From assembly GCA_945898055.1 (NCBI GenBank), contig CAMDGV010000018.1:25-64024 (forward strand): a stretch of DNA of 64,000 nucleotides. The letters are read 5' to 3'. The notes under the pieces were generated by a model. The model did not search any database and was not told the DNA's origin. It worked only from the letters and a program-made list of their open reading frames with translations. Shown in pieces: positions 1 through 9,481 of this stretch. The DNA is from Akkermansia muciniphila (GTDB lineage Bacteria > Verrucomicrobiota > Verrucomicrobiia > Limisphaerales > UBA9464). How positions within the stretch are numbered: the stretch's first letter is position 1; each line of letters opens with the position of its first letter. Position numbers and translations under genes: made by a program.

Positions 1-290
1 GCCGCAGCAATGGAACGTCCATGGAAACTATCGTGGGACGGCTTAATCGCCGTCTGAAAGGATGGTATGGATACTTCCAAGGCGGCGTGGAAAACGTTTA
101 TCGAACTGAGGACTCATGGATACGAGGCCGACTGCGGCACATCCTGCGATTCCGCGATAAACGTCAGGGTCTTTGTCGTGGAGGCCTAGACCATCAACGC
201 TATCCCAATGCGTTCTTCGAGCAGCTCGGGCTAATCTCTCTATACGCCTTAGCCCTAGCCAAACGCACCAGTCCCGCCACAAGCGGGTGA
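1..290 (+). CDS. ltrA: Group II intron reverse transcriptase/maturase, C-terminal maturase (X/thumb) part; 5' end lies outside the window
   Basis: RLNRRLKGWYGYF...DSWIRGRLRHIL...YPNAFFEQLGLISL is the maturase signature. No endonuclease domain follows, and intron domain V begins 14 nt after the stop. Confidence 0.9.
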   Translation, partial: RSNGTSMETIVGRLNRRLKGWYGYFQGGVENVYRTEDSWIRGRLRHILRFRDKRQGLCRGGLDHQRYPNAFFEQLGLISLYALALAKRTSPATSG

Positions 291-300
291 CTCACCGACT

Positions 301-376
301 GGAGAGCCGGATGCGGGAAATCCGCCAGTCCGGTTCGGAGGGAGGGGTGGCCGACAACGGCCATCCCTACCCCTCT
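301..376 (+). ncRNA. Group II intron catalytic domains V and VI (3' end)
   Basis: GAGCCGGATGCGGGAAATCCGCCAGTCCGGTTC is D5 (AGC triad, GAAA loop). It is followed by the D6 hairpin GGAGGGGTGGCCGACAACGGCCATCCCTACCCCT with a bulged A. Confidence 0.92.
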
Positions 377-630
377 TCTACAACTCGCCATGGAAGCCTG
401 CGGCGTCGTCTGCCGCACACAGAAGCCCAAGGCCCGACGAGGGGAAATCCTCTTCAGCAACGCGGTGAACGAAGTCACCCGCGAACGCGCCCAGAGCTTC
501 CTCACCGACGAGCACCTCCAGCGCGTCGTCCTCGCCTATCAGGACTTCAAAGACGAGTCCGGCTTCGCCCGCGTCATGCCGATTGAGGAAATCTGGGCGA
601 AAGAGGGAAACCTGAGCATCCCTCTCGAGT
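377..630 (+). pseudogene. hsdM: Type I restriction-modification methyltransferase HsdM, C-terminal fragment
   Basis: (F)YNS-P-MEAC.VVCRTQKPKARRGEILF.NAVNEVTRERAQSFL...EGNLSIPL matches the HsdM C-terminus. There is a -1 frameshift at TCGCCATG, and the fragment ends against the next gene. Confidence 0.8.
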
Positions 631-641
631 GTCGGAAATCG

Positions 642-3600
642 TTATTGCACGATGCGGAAATACTTGTAGCTGGTGCCCGCTCCTGGGGTGTAGGTGTAGC
701 CGCTGGCTGGATTGCCGGCCACATCGGTCCAACTCCCTGGGAGGAGGGTTGACGATTCCTGGAGGCGACCCGAGCCGGTCCAAGTTAACGTGATGCTTCC
801 GCCCGCGTTGAGGGCAGGCTGATTGAACTTGGTTCTCGGCACGAACGTACCGTAACTCGAGTAACGGGTCCAAGGACGAGTTGGGATCGAGACGCCTTCG
901 GCCGTGAAGGTGTCAGCATTGGCAGCGGTCGCGAGACCGAGGAATTTCGAAGCATAGTCGGTGACATCGGCAGTACCGCGTGCCGTCCAGGCGAATTCGT
1001 CCAAGCTGGTAAAGGCGCTGACAATGCCGGCTTCATTTTTGAGACGCAGCCACACGGGGAGCGGCCCAAGAGCCGACCAATTGTTCCCTTCGTTATGCCA
1101 CTTCGGTTCGGTTGCATCGACTTCGCGAACGTGATAGCCCACACTATTGCCTGGGTTCCATGTGATGTAAGCAAAACGAGCGGACGGATCGAGGGATTCA
1201 CGCAGCATGATGCCGTTGCGATTGCCCGAACCGGTTAATGTCTCGACCCTGACGGCAACGTCGAAATCGCCCGTTGATTCCTTATAGACGAAGTTGAACG
1301 AGTCAGTCGCGCCCCAGACATCGGCGCCACCGGCTTCGACATCAAAAGTGCCGGTCGCGTTGGAATTGACCTGTCCGACTCGCGTCGGGCCCACATTGAC
1401 GTCAGACACGATCAAGCCATGAACAGCGCCGGAAACCGCCACTCCACCAGCAGGAAGGCCATTGCCCACGCGGCGGGTATAATCCCGAACATTCGATACC
1501 TTGACCGTGAAGGCACCGCCTGCCTTGGCAGGAAGACCCGACACAGTCAGCACGACAGACTTACTGCCACGTCCGATCGCTGCGCCCGTGACGGTAACGC
1601 CCGCGGGACTCGTAACAGCGTAGTTGCCAATGGTGCGAGCCGTGCCCGGATCAGCCACCGGATCGGTTCCACCCGCGTCCACGAATTCATTGAATTGAAG
1701 GCCAATCGTCGAGCCATCCACGCTGCTGGTGGAGAGCACAACCGGGGCTGTGACGTCGCTGGCCGCCACTGTCACGCTCACCGGAGTTGTCTCCGCGTTT
1801 CCAGTCCGGTTGGTCACCTTGAATTGATAGCTGCCATTGTCAGCCGGAGAGGCCTTTGTGATGACCAGAGTCTGAGAGTCCACGCCGGAGGAGTAGTGGG
1901 CCGTGCCATCGAAGTTGTTGACCGGGGCCAGAGCCACATTGTCCTTGAACCATTGATAGGTGTTCGGGAAGCCGTCAGCGACTGCTGTCAGCGTGATGGT
2001 GTCAAGATCCTGAGCGCTCGGTGCGCCAACCGGTTGAGTGGTAATTGAGGCCGCGTAGTAGGACACACTGAAATGATCAGCCACATCCGCGGCCGTGAGA
2101 GCCTTATTATAGAAGGCCACTTCATCCACGGTGCCGCGCCAGCGGACTTGTCCACCGAAACGGCTGCCAATTTCAAACGGCTGTACCAAGTTCGGGCGGG
2201 TCGGCGTCTGGGTGCTTGCGGACTGCGCCGCGCCGTTGACGTAGAGGACAGAGTTGCCCACGCCATCCCATGTGGCCACAACATGGTCCCAGCGACCGGC
2301 CGTAGGCGGCGTGTTGCCTTGAAGGAAGATGACCGTTTCCGCGATACCGAGGTGCGCTTCCCAACCATTGACGTTGAAGCCTTGATAAACCGCATAACCG
2401 GCACGACCGGTATTGCGGTTTTGCGTGGCGACCACCGCGCCCTGGGTTTGGCCGTTAAGTTCGGGCTGAGCCCAAAACTCGATCGTGTACGGTCCCGAGG
2501 GGTTCAGGGTAGGAGTATAGGGAACAGTAGTGGTGCCGCTGCCGACATTCGGAACACGCAAGGCCGTTCCGGTTGTGCCGCGGGGGCCGGGCGTGCCGAG
2601 GATGACACTCGGATTATATGTCCCGTTCAAGCCGCCGGCTGAGTCGATGAGCGTGGTGGCTTCAGTTTCGTTGAAGCGATAGTACGCTGAAGGGCCGTTT
2701 GCCAAAACCTTCGCAGCGTACAAGTCACCAGCCGGGGCCGGCGCAAAGTTCACCGTGACGCCATCACTGGACACTGAGCCCTGCGGATTTGTGACCGTGA
2801 CCTTATAGAGGCCCGACGAAGCGGCGGTAGAGCGACTGATGGTCAAGCTTGCCGTATTGGCCGACGGATTGTTGAGGATGGGCTGGTTATCCTTTTTCCA
2901 GGCATAACTTAATGGAGCGGTTCCGGAAGCAACGGCCCGCAAGACAGGCTCGCCGCCCGCCAGAATGTTGATCGTCCCGGACGGCGCCGAAGTGATCGTG
3001 GGCAGTGTTACGGCGGTGCCGAAGATGAAGCGCGAGTTGTGAATCGCAATTGCGCTTTCCGATAAGGCATCGCCGTAAATCGCAAGTTCGTCGATATTCC
3101 CGTTAAAGCCGCCAATCAAGGCACCGGCATCTTCGCCGGCTGCGCCGATGCGAGGGGTGGCTCCGGCACTGACGCCGAGGCCTAGATTCGGCTTGGTGCC
3201 GAGGGAATTTCCGTCCACGTAGGCGGTCACATTTGCGCCATCAATGACCAAGGCCACATGGGCTTGACGGCCCAAAAGGGAGGGGCTCACCACCCACGTA
3301 ACGCCCGCCGTCGCCGTATCGCTGCGGTAGTTTAAAGTGCTGCCATCAGCATTCACTTGGAATTGATACTTTGAGTCCGCGTCTCCATCCGCGACGGCAA
3401 AGATGTTCTGAGGAGCCACGCCGGGCGCGCCGGGGGCGAGGTAGATCAGCGCTTCAATGGTCCCAGTGCCGTCCGCGAACTCATAAGCGGGATTCGGCGC
3501 AAAGGCCGCTGCCCCCGTCCCTTTTAGACGCAGAGACTTCACCCCGTACGCCCGAGATATGCGGCCATCAAAATCACCCACGCCGGCAATGGTCCCGTTG

Positions 3601-4793
3601 TGGGTATTATCCTTGGTGTTGGTTATGGTAGGACCGGTGTCACCATCCATCGGGAAATAGGCGAGCAAACTCGCCTCGGCATTCACCGCCGCGCGATAAA
3701 ACGCGTTGTTGTCCGTTTCAAGAGCCTTGACAGTCAGGGTGGCAGGGTCGCTGACTTTATCTGTCGCCCCGACTTGGCTTAAAGTGACGGTGTAGATTTT
3801 GCCGCTATCCGCCGGCCTGACGGCCGGGACACTATATTCGTCGGTGGTGGCGCCCGGGATGATATCCGGGCCGACTTTCCAAGCGAAAGTTGTCCGATCA
3901 TCAACCGGCGTGCGAACGTTGAAGAGGGCTGGCGCGCCATTCCAAACCGTGATCGACTGGGGTTGCGCGATGATGCTGGCACCCGGAGGCAGGAGGAGTA
4001 GATCGCTGACGACGAAGGCACCAGGAGCGAAGGTCGAGTAACGAACTTCATCGATGAATCCCCAGAAGGGGTTGCCGGTATCCTGACCGGAACCGATATA
4101 GGGACTGCCGCCAGCGCCAGTCAGGTTCTGGGTCGCAGGCGCGCCCGTTTGGACGCCATTGACATAGAAAGTGACCGTTCCGTTGTCATTCACCGCGGCC
4201 ATATGCGTGAAGCGCGTCCGGGGCATGGTCGCTTCGTCGCCAATTTGAAAACGATTTTCCGGGTTCGGTCCGACGGAATCCAAACGCACTTTCCATTCGC
4301 CCGATTCGCTATCAAGGCGCACGCGGAAAGCGACGCCGCCTGGGGTAGCGCCGAATTGGCCCGTGCCAGTATTAAAAATTTCGCCGGACTGGCGCCCATC
4401 CACTGGCATAGCCCAGCCTTCGGCGACCCAGTTGACCTTCGGGAGGCTCCATTGCGCCGCGGTCGGAGGAGTGTTATTGGGGCCTTGAATCCACATGCCG
4501 CCATTGGCACGATTATAGTAGCCGAAACGGGCGGAAAGCGTGCTGATTTGGGTAGTGTTGCCCAGCGGCCCGCCGACTGCGGTAGAGAGGAGAACAGCGC
4601 CCGGATCTCCGCCATTGCCGCTGGAGAATGCCGCGTTAAACGCATGGTTGGCTCCGCTGGAATCGGCAAAAATACTGCCGCCTTCGCCGAAGCGAATCCA
4701 CGAATACGGAGTGACAGCTCCATGAGACTGTATCGGCCCGAGGCCGATTGCGGCGACGGATAGCCCCGCGGTGAATAGAGACTTGAGGTTCAT
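642..4793 (-). CDS. Large secreted protein with three LamG/concanavalin-like domains, interspersed Ig-like domains and a verrucomicrobial-type C-terminal domain
   Basis: Signal peptide. Three repeats end in F.G.IDE(V/L)..Y (LamG). Ig motifs (TFAWK, SYAWKKD, YQWFKD, DSG.Y). C-terminus ITLTWTGSGRLQESSTL..GSWTDV...YKYFRIVQ. Confidence 0.85.
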   Translation of the reverse strand: MNLKSLFTAGLSVAAIGLGPIQSHGAVTPYSWIRFGEGGSIFADSSGANHAFNAAFSSGNGGDPGAVLLSTAVGGPLGNTTQISTLSARFGYYNRANGGMWIQGPNNTPPTAAQWSLPKVNWVAEGWAMPVDGRQSGEIFNTGTGQFGATPGGVAFRVRLDSESGEWKVRLDSVGPNPENRFQIGDEATMPRTRFTHMAAVNDNGTVTFYVNGVQTGAPATQNLTGAGGSPYIGSGQDTGNPFWGFIDEVRYSTFAPGAFVVSDLLLLPPGASIIAQPQSITVWNGAPALFNVRTPVDDRTTFAWKVGPDIIPGATTDEYSVPAVRPADSGKIYTVTLSQVGATDKVSDPATLTVKALETDNNAFYRAAVNAEASLLAYFPMDGDTGPTITNTKDNTHNGTIAGVGDFDGRISRAYGVKSLRLKGTGAAAFAPNPAYEFADGTGTIEALIYLAPGAPGVAPQNIFAVADGDADSKYQFQVNADGSTLNYRSDTATAGVTWVVSPSLLGRQAHVALVIDGANVTAYVDGNSLGTKPNLGLGVSAGATPRIGAAGEDAGALIGGFNGNIDELAIYGDALSESAIAIHNSRFIFGTAVTLPTITSAPSGTINILAGGEPVLRAVASGTAPLSYAWKKDNQPILNNPSANTASLTISRSTAASSGLYKVTVTNPQGSVSSDGVTVNFAPAPAGDLYAAKVLANGPSAYYRFNETEATTLIDSAGGLNGTYNPSVILGTPGPRGTTGTALRVPNVGSGTTTVPYTPTLNPSGPYTIEFWAQPELNGQTQGAVVATQNRNTGRAGYAVYQGFNVNGWEAHLGIAETVIFLQGNTPPTAGRWDHVVATWDGVGNSVLYVNGAAQSASTQTPTRPNLVQPFEIGSRFGGQVRWRGTVDEVAFYNKALTAADVADHFSVSYYAASITTQPVGAPSAQDLDTITLTAVADGFPNTYQWFKDNVALAPVNNFDGTAHYSSGVDSQTLVITKASPADNGSYQFKVTNRTGNAETTPVSVTVAASDVTAPVVLSTSSVDGSTIGLQFNEFVDAGGTDPVADPGTARTIGNYAVTSPAGVTVTGAAIGRGSKSVVLTVSGLPAKAGGAFTVKVSNVRDYTRRVGNGLPAGGVAVSGAVHGLIVSDVNVGPTRVGQVNSNATGTFDVEAGGADVWGATDSFNFVYKESTGDFDVAVRVETLTGSGNRNGIMLRESLDPSARFAYITWNPGNSVGYHVREVDATEPKWHNEGNNWSALGPLPVWLRLKNEAGIVSAFTSLDEFAWTARGTADVTDYASKFLGLATAANADTFTAEGVSIPTRPWTRYSSYGTFVPRTKFNQPALNAGGSITLTWTGSGRLQESSTLLPGSWTDVAGNPASGYTYTPGAGTSYKYFRIVQ

Positions 4794-5282
4794 TGATTAG
4801 ACTTTCAAATTTTGGGGTTGATTAAAAATTATTAAAGGCGTTGACGAATATGGCACAAGCGAATTTTTAGTAATTTCACAAGGTCACCTTGGGGCGCATC
4901 TTAAAAAATTGTCGTTCACGCTAAAACCCTGCGCTGGGCGGGACTGTCTAAACCCGGTTTTGAGCAAATTTAGGGATCGTCAAAACTGTGAGGGGCGACT
5001 CCAAACGCCCCAAAGCTTGGCTTTGGAACTTTCCGCGGAGCGTCGAAAAAGGAAATTCCTTTTAGTAACACCGGGCGCCGAGGACGGCTGTAGTAATGCT
5101 CGCCTATGAGGACACAACGTCATGATTGTCTTGGCGTCATTCAACACTCCTGCGGCTCAGTCTAGGGCACTCACGCCTGAGCCCTCCCTAAAAGCGAAGC
5201 ACCAGGTGGTGAATGATCTGTTTTCCCCCCAATCAATGCACCCGACCCTCTGGGATGTGCGGTCAGTGTCACGCGTGAAGGC

Positions 5283-5345
5283 GTAAAGGGTCAGTTCAAA
5301 GGATTTATAACTATTCGTCTCGCTTCTGCCAATACAGTAAGTGCG
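5283..5345 (-). mobile_element. Right end of a RAYT-type element: last codons AHLLYWQKRDE* plus AACTGACCCTTTAC end motif
   Basis: Resembles the C-terminus (LNPLLDRRRK) and right end (AACTGACTCTTTAC) of the RAYT copy at 10555-11239. Confidence 0.55.
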
Positions 5346-6180
5346 CCTTGGTGATCCAGTCCCGCATGGTCATCACCTTGCGTTGCAGCGCCCGCAGTTC
5401 GGCAAATTCGATGTAGGCGGTCACGATCCGGTTGAGCGTGTCGAGTTCCCTACCGTCGAGATAGTTCTTCGCGATCGACACGTCCTCTTTGCGAATGATG
5501 CCACCTGGGCGCGTCGTTTGCAGGCCCATGAACGGTTTTGCCGCACCCACCCGCGCATGGATCACCTCTTCCGCCGTCTGCCCGTGCGCCGCCCAGTGCA
5601 TTTTGTTCTGCACCGGGGCGAAAAACTGCTGCGAAGTCTCCGTTTTCGGCGTGTAGTCCACACTCGTCGCGTAAATATCCAGCACCTTCTGGTAAAAGCG
5701 CCGCTCGGACGACCGGATGTCGCGGATGCGCTCCAGTTGCTCGTCGAAGTAATCCTTCTGCCCCTTGCCCGGCGGGTTCTTGAGCCGCTCGTCGTCCATG
5801 GTGAAGCCCTTGACCAGATACTCGATCAAACGCGCCGTGGCCCACTGGCGGAACTGCGTGCCCCGATGGCTGCGCACGCGGAAACCGACGGCGAGGATGG
5901 CCTCCAGCCGGTAGTGACGGAGACTGCGGAAAACCTCACGGCCACCCTCCAATCGAACTTGTAAGTAATCCTTACAAGTTGCCGCCTCGACCAGTTCGCC
6001 CTCAGCAAAAATGCCCCGCAAGTGGAGCGTGACGTTCTGCGGCGTGGTCTGGAAAAGCTCGGCGATCTGGGCCTGCGTCAGCCACAGCGTCTCGTTCTCA
6101 AACCGGCACTGGATGCGCGTCCGGCCATCCTCCGTCTGGTAGAGGATGATTTCGGATTGGGGCGAAGGTTCTTCACTCAT
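5311..6180 (-). pseudogene. rhuM: RhuM-family (virulence/RM-associated) DNA-binding protein, C-terminally truncated
   Basis: EIILYQTEDG, LWLTQAQIAELF, FRQWAT, YFDEQLERIRDIRSSERRFYQK, QNKMHWA. Homology breaks after MTMRDWITK. Confidence 0.85.
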
Positions 6181-6343
6181 GGCTTTTCAGTTCCACCTGG
6201 AAGATGAGGCCAAGGACGACGTGCTTGTTTTCCGGCGCGTCCATGTTGTTGCGCAACTTATCAGCGGTGAGCCAGAGCTTGGCCTCGAAGCCGATGGTGG
6301 CGGAGGACTGGGCGGAGGAGGCGGTGGTTTTGGTGCGGGCCAT
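6173..6343 (-). pseudogene. hsdM: HsdM N-terminal fragment (internal deletion)
   Basis: [32 protein letters not shown] is the HsdM N-terminal motif. It ends after about 50 aa. Confidence 0.85.
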
Positions 6344-6446
6344 GATTTCAGGATTTCTCCGTGGGAACCGATTGGGTCTCGCCAGCAGGGGCGAAGGGGG
6401 CAAGGGCTTTTCAAGAAGTTGAGAGATGAAGGTTGAGGGTTACTGG

Positions 6447-6474
6447 TAGGAATTTGCTTTTTTGAGGCGGAGGG
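6447..6474 (-). repeat. Dispersed ~27-bp junction repeat, copy 1
   Basis: Reverse complement reads CCCTCCGCCTCAAAAAAGCAAATTCCTA. Confidence 0.85.
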
Positions 6475-6528
6475 TAAGATTTCAGGAAAGATTCCCACTT
6501 GCGCGGTGCCGTTTGCTAGCCAACTTAT

Positions 6529-7782
6529 TTGATGGTTTTTCCATCCTCTCGCGCCGCAGCGCTCACCCAACTGGATGGATTTATTCCCTTCGCTGGGCTC
6601 TATGTCCGCGACCGGAATCACGTGAAACTTGGTCACCCATCGGTCTCACGACTTTCATCTGCGATCCGGTGCCGCTTAATTACCGAGCAGGAAGTGGTTG
6701 CGGCCGTTCTGCGCGTGCATCCGTTTCGGCAAGTGGAAAAATTCATCCAAGAAGTCTATTGGCGGCGGTACTGGAAATCGTGGCTCGCGCTGCGTCCGCA
6801 GGTCTGGAGTGATTATCGCAATAGTCTAACAGAAATTGGGGATAGCCTAGCTGTCAGGAGCATAGAGAAAACGCAGTCTGGCAACGTGGTGATCGATCAT
6901 TTCATCCACGAATTATTAACTACCGGTTACCTCCACAATCACGCCAGGATGTGGTTTGCCGCATGGTGGGTGCACACAGCGCGTCTGCCATGGCAGGCGG
7001 GCGCGGCATTCTTTTTTCGCCATCTGCTCGATGGTGATCCGGCATCTAACACTTTATCGTGGCGCTGGGTGGCAGGATTGCAGACTCCCGGAAAAACCTA
7101 TCTCGCACGCCGTAGTAATCTGGAGAAATACTTAGCGCCAGAGCTGATCGCGTCTCTCTCAAATGGTCTCGCAGCGTTTGAAAACCCACAGTCGCAGGCT
7201 CCGGAACTCGTGGGTAAATCACCGATAACTCGCACCGATGGGCCGATTGAGTCGTTCACACGCTCAGACGGGGGCGGGCTGTGGATTCATGAAGAAGATC
7301 TCGCGGTGGAAAATTCACCACTCGCACAGCAGGCGTTCTCAACCGTCCTCGTGACAGCTGATGTTGATAGTTGGCAGAATTATGATTTCCCCGACTCAAA
7401 AAAAGATTGGATCACCGCTGCCCTCCACGATGCCTGCACTCGTGCCGAGCAGCATTGGCAAGTCGCGACACAGTTCGAAACGAAAGCGGCTCATGGCGAC
7501 GCGATCCTGCACTGGGCCAAACTTCATAAACTCCAACAAGTGGTAACCCTTCGTCCAGATGTCGGTCCATTGAATGACTCGCTGCCGACCCTTCGCGCTT
7601 CGCTTGCAGACGCCGGTGTTCGACTGATTCTTATCGACCGCCCGGAGGATTTAGAGATCCGGCAGTTCGCTACGGGTGGATTTTTTCAATTTTGGGAGCG
7701 TTTGCAAAAAAAGCTGTTCGCCACGCCGACCGCGAGTGCCTCATCGAAACTACAACAACTCTGGATCGATTTCCCCCAATGA
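6529..7782 (+). CDS. Short photolyase/cryptochrome-family protein with N-terminal FAD-binding domain (inverted domain order, NewPHL-like)
   Basis: VSRLS..IR, EKFIQEVYWR.YW, TGYLHNHARMWFA, LLDGDPASNTLSWRWVAG all lie in the N-terminal half. An alpha/beta-like segment (LWIHEEDL...GFFQF) lies at the C-terminus. Confidence 0.85.
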   Translation: MMVFPSSRAAALTQLDGFIPFAGLYVRDRNHVKLGHPSVSRLSSAIRCRLITEQEVVAAVLRVHPFRQVEKFIQEVYWRRYWKSWLALRPQVWSDYRNSLTEIGDSLAVRSIEKTQSGNVVIDHFIHELLTTGYLHNHARMWFAAWWVHTARLPWQAGAAFFFRHLLDGDPASNTLSWRWVAGLQTPGKTYLARRSNLEKYLAPELIASLSNGLAAFENPQSQAPELVGKSPITRTDGPIESFTRSDGGGLWIHEEDLAVENSPLAQQAFSTVLVTADVDSWQNYDFPDSKKDWITAALHDACTRAEQHWQVATQFETKAAHGDAILHWAKLHKLQQVVTLRPDVGPLNDSLPTLRASLADAGVRLILIDRPEDLEIRQFATGGFFQFWERLQKKLFATPTASASSKLQQLWIDFPQ

Positions 7783-8237
7783 ACATTTTCTCATATTTCA
7801 GACCTGTCATCGTAGCAACTCTTTCACCCGTGTGGGGGAACTCGATTGCTGCTGGTCCGCTTGCTGCTTTCCGCGATGTTAATCGACTGGTTGTCGTTTC
7901 GCTGCCGCAGGGGCGAGCTGCCGAAAAAGTGGCGGCTGCCTGGTTCTTGCATCGGGTGAAAATCGACGAGCGCGATCTAAAAATCATCGATGCCTCGGAG
8001 GGAGCGCAGCGGGTAGCTACTGGAGTCAGGTTGAGTCCAGAGCAAATCATCGCGCTGCGCCAACAATTCAAGCTGGCAGCCGGAGAGCTGCGTCCGGTCT
8101 TCATACTCGTGGGCAAGGATGGGGGTGAAAAGGCTCGCCAAGACGGAACGTTGGATCTGGAAAACTGGTTTGCTTTGATCGACCAAATGCCCACCCGCCG
8201 TCAGGAAATCCAAAATCAGCGGAAGAAGTCCGATTGA
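7779..8237 (+). CDS. DUF4174-family protein
   Basis: NRLVVV...ILVGKDGGEK...FALIDQMPTRRQE. ATGA overlap with the photolyase stop. Confidence 0.8.
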   Translation: MNIFSYFRPVIVATLSPVWGNSIAAGPLAAFRDVNRLVVVSLPQGRAAEKVAAAWFLHRVKIDERDLKIIDASEGAQRVATGVRLSPEQIIALRQQFKLAAGELRPVFILVGKDGGEKARQDGTLDLENWFALIDQMPTRRQEIQNQRKKSD

Positions 8238-9481
8238 GTGCTTCTGGAAAAACTGTGCTCATCGTTGGCGGTGGGTTGGCGGGCCTCGCCTGCGCCATCC
8301 GCCTGCATGAAGCGGGTGCCAAGCCAGCGATCTTCGAAGCGAGCGACGCAGTCGGAGGACGCGTGCGCACCGATTTGGTGGATGGATTTCTTCTCGACCG
8401 AGGGTTTCAGGTCTATCTCGATGCCTACCCGGAAGCTGGCAAACTGTTAGACAAAGCCAGCCTTGATCTGCGCCCCTTCAAGCCAGGCGCGCTGGTCTAT
8501 CAGGGCGGTCGAATGCTCAGGGTCATGGATGTTTTTCGCGCCCCGCGTCACCTCGTGACCAGTGCTTTGGCGCCGATCGGTTCGCTCGCCGACAAGTTGC
8601 GCGTTGCGCTGTTGAAGTGGCGTTTGAGTTGGGTCAGGATCGAAGATATTGCCACGCATGAGGACATAAGCACCGAGCTATATCTCCAGCGCGCCGGGTT
8701 TTCTACTCGGATGATTGATGGTTTTTTCCGCTCTTTTTACGGAGGAATTTTTCTGGAACGAGAACTGAGGACATCGAGCCGGATGTTCGAATTTACCTTC
8801 AAAATGTTCTCCCAAAGCAGCGCGACTCTTCCGGCACGCGGCATGGGTGAAATCCCTCGACAACTTAACTTGCGCTTGCCAAGCGGCACAGTCCGGCTCG
8901 GGGCGCGGGTCACTGAAGTCCAATCGCACGGCATCATCCTGAAATCTGGCGAGACACTTGCCGGTGATGCTGTGGTCGTGGCCACCGATGCGTCATCGGC
9001 GGCTCGTTTACTTCCGAAGATGGACTTTTCGGAGCCTGCTTGGCGATCCGTTACCTGCCTGTACTTTGCCGCAACGCGTTCGCCACTGAACGAGGCCATC
9101 ATCGCCCTCAATGGCGCGGGTAATGGTTTGGTTAATAACGTCTGCGTGCCGTCAGATCTAGCGCCAGACTACGCGCCTCCCGGGCAGGCATTGATTTCGG
9201 TTTCCGTGTTAGGGCTTCCGAATTTAACAGATTTGCAATCCCTCGTTTTGGCAGAACTGGAGTCGTGGTTTGGACGTGACGTTCACGAATGGCGTCATCT
9301 GCGAACAGAACAGATCGAGCGAGCGCTACCCGAGCAAGCTCCTGGTCCCGGAAATAGCGGAGCGGGCTTTTGCAAACACGCTGGGATTTTCGTCTGTGGA
9401 GATCATCTGTGGAGCGCATCCATCGAGGGTGCGATTATCTCCGGCCAGCGCACCGCAAGCGAGATCCTCCACTCATCATGA
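8234..9481 (+). CDS. FAD-dependent oxidoreductase (flavin amine oxidase/phytoene desaturase-like)
   Basis: IVGGGLAGL, EASDAVGGR, DRGFQV, and C-terminal CGD...SIEGAIISG. Confidence 0.88.
   Translation: MSASGKTVLIVGGGLAGLACAIRLHEAGAKPAIFEASDAVGGRVRTDLVDGFLLDRGFQVYLDAYPEAGKLLDKASLDLRPFKPGALVYQGGRMLRVMDVFRAPRHLVTSALAPIGSLADKLRVALLKWRLSWVRIEDIATHEDISTELYLQRAGFSTRMIDGFFRSFYGGIFLERELRTSSRMFEFTFKMFSQSSATLPARGMGEIPRQLNLRLPSGTVRLGARVTEVQSHGIILKSGETLAGDAVVVATDASSAARLLPKMDFSEPAWRSVTCLYFAATRSPLNEAIIALNGAGNGLVNNVCVPSDLAPDYAPPGQALISVSVLGLPNLTDLQSLVLAELESWFGRDVHEWRHLRTEQIERALPEQAPGPGNSGAGFCKHAGIFVCGDHLWSASIEGAIISGQRTASEILHSS

Noticed and set aside
4851-4866. TGGCAC as a sigma54 promoter for the LamG gene
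   Set aside because: Wrong strand and no -12 GC at the right spacing.
377-6343. Functional type I RM system, or one hsdM split by the LamG gene
   Set aside because: The two hsdM fragments are on opposite strands and both are short; no hsdR or hsdS is present.
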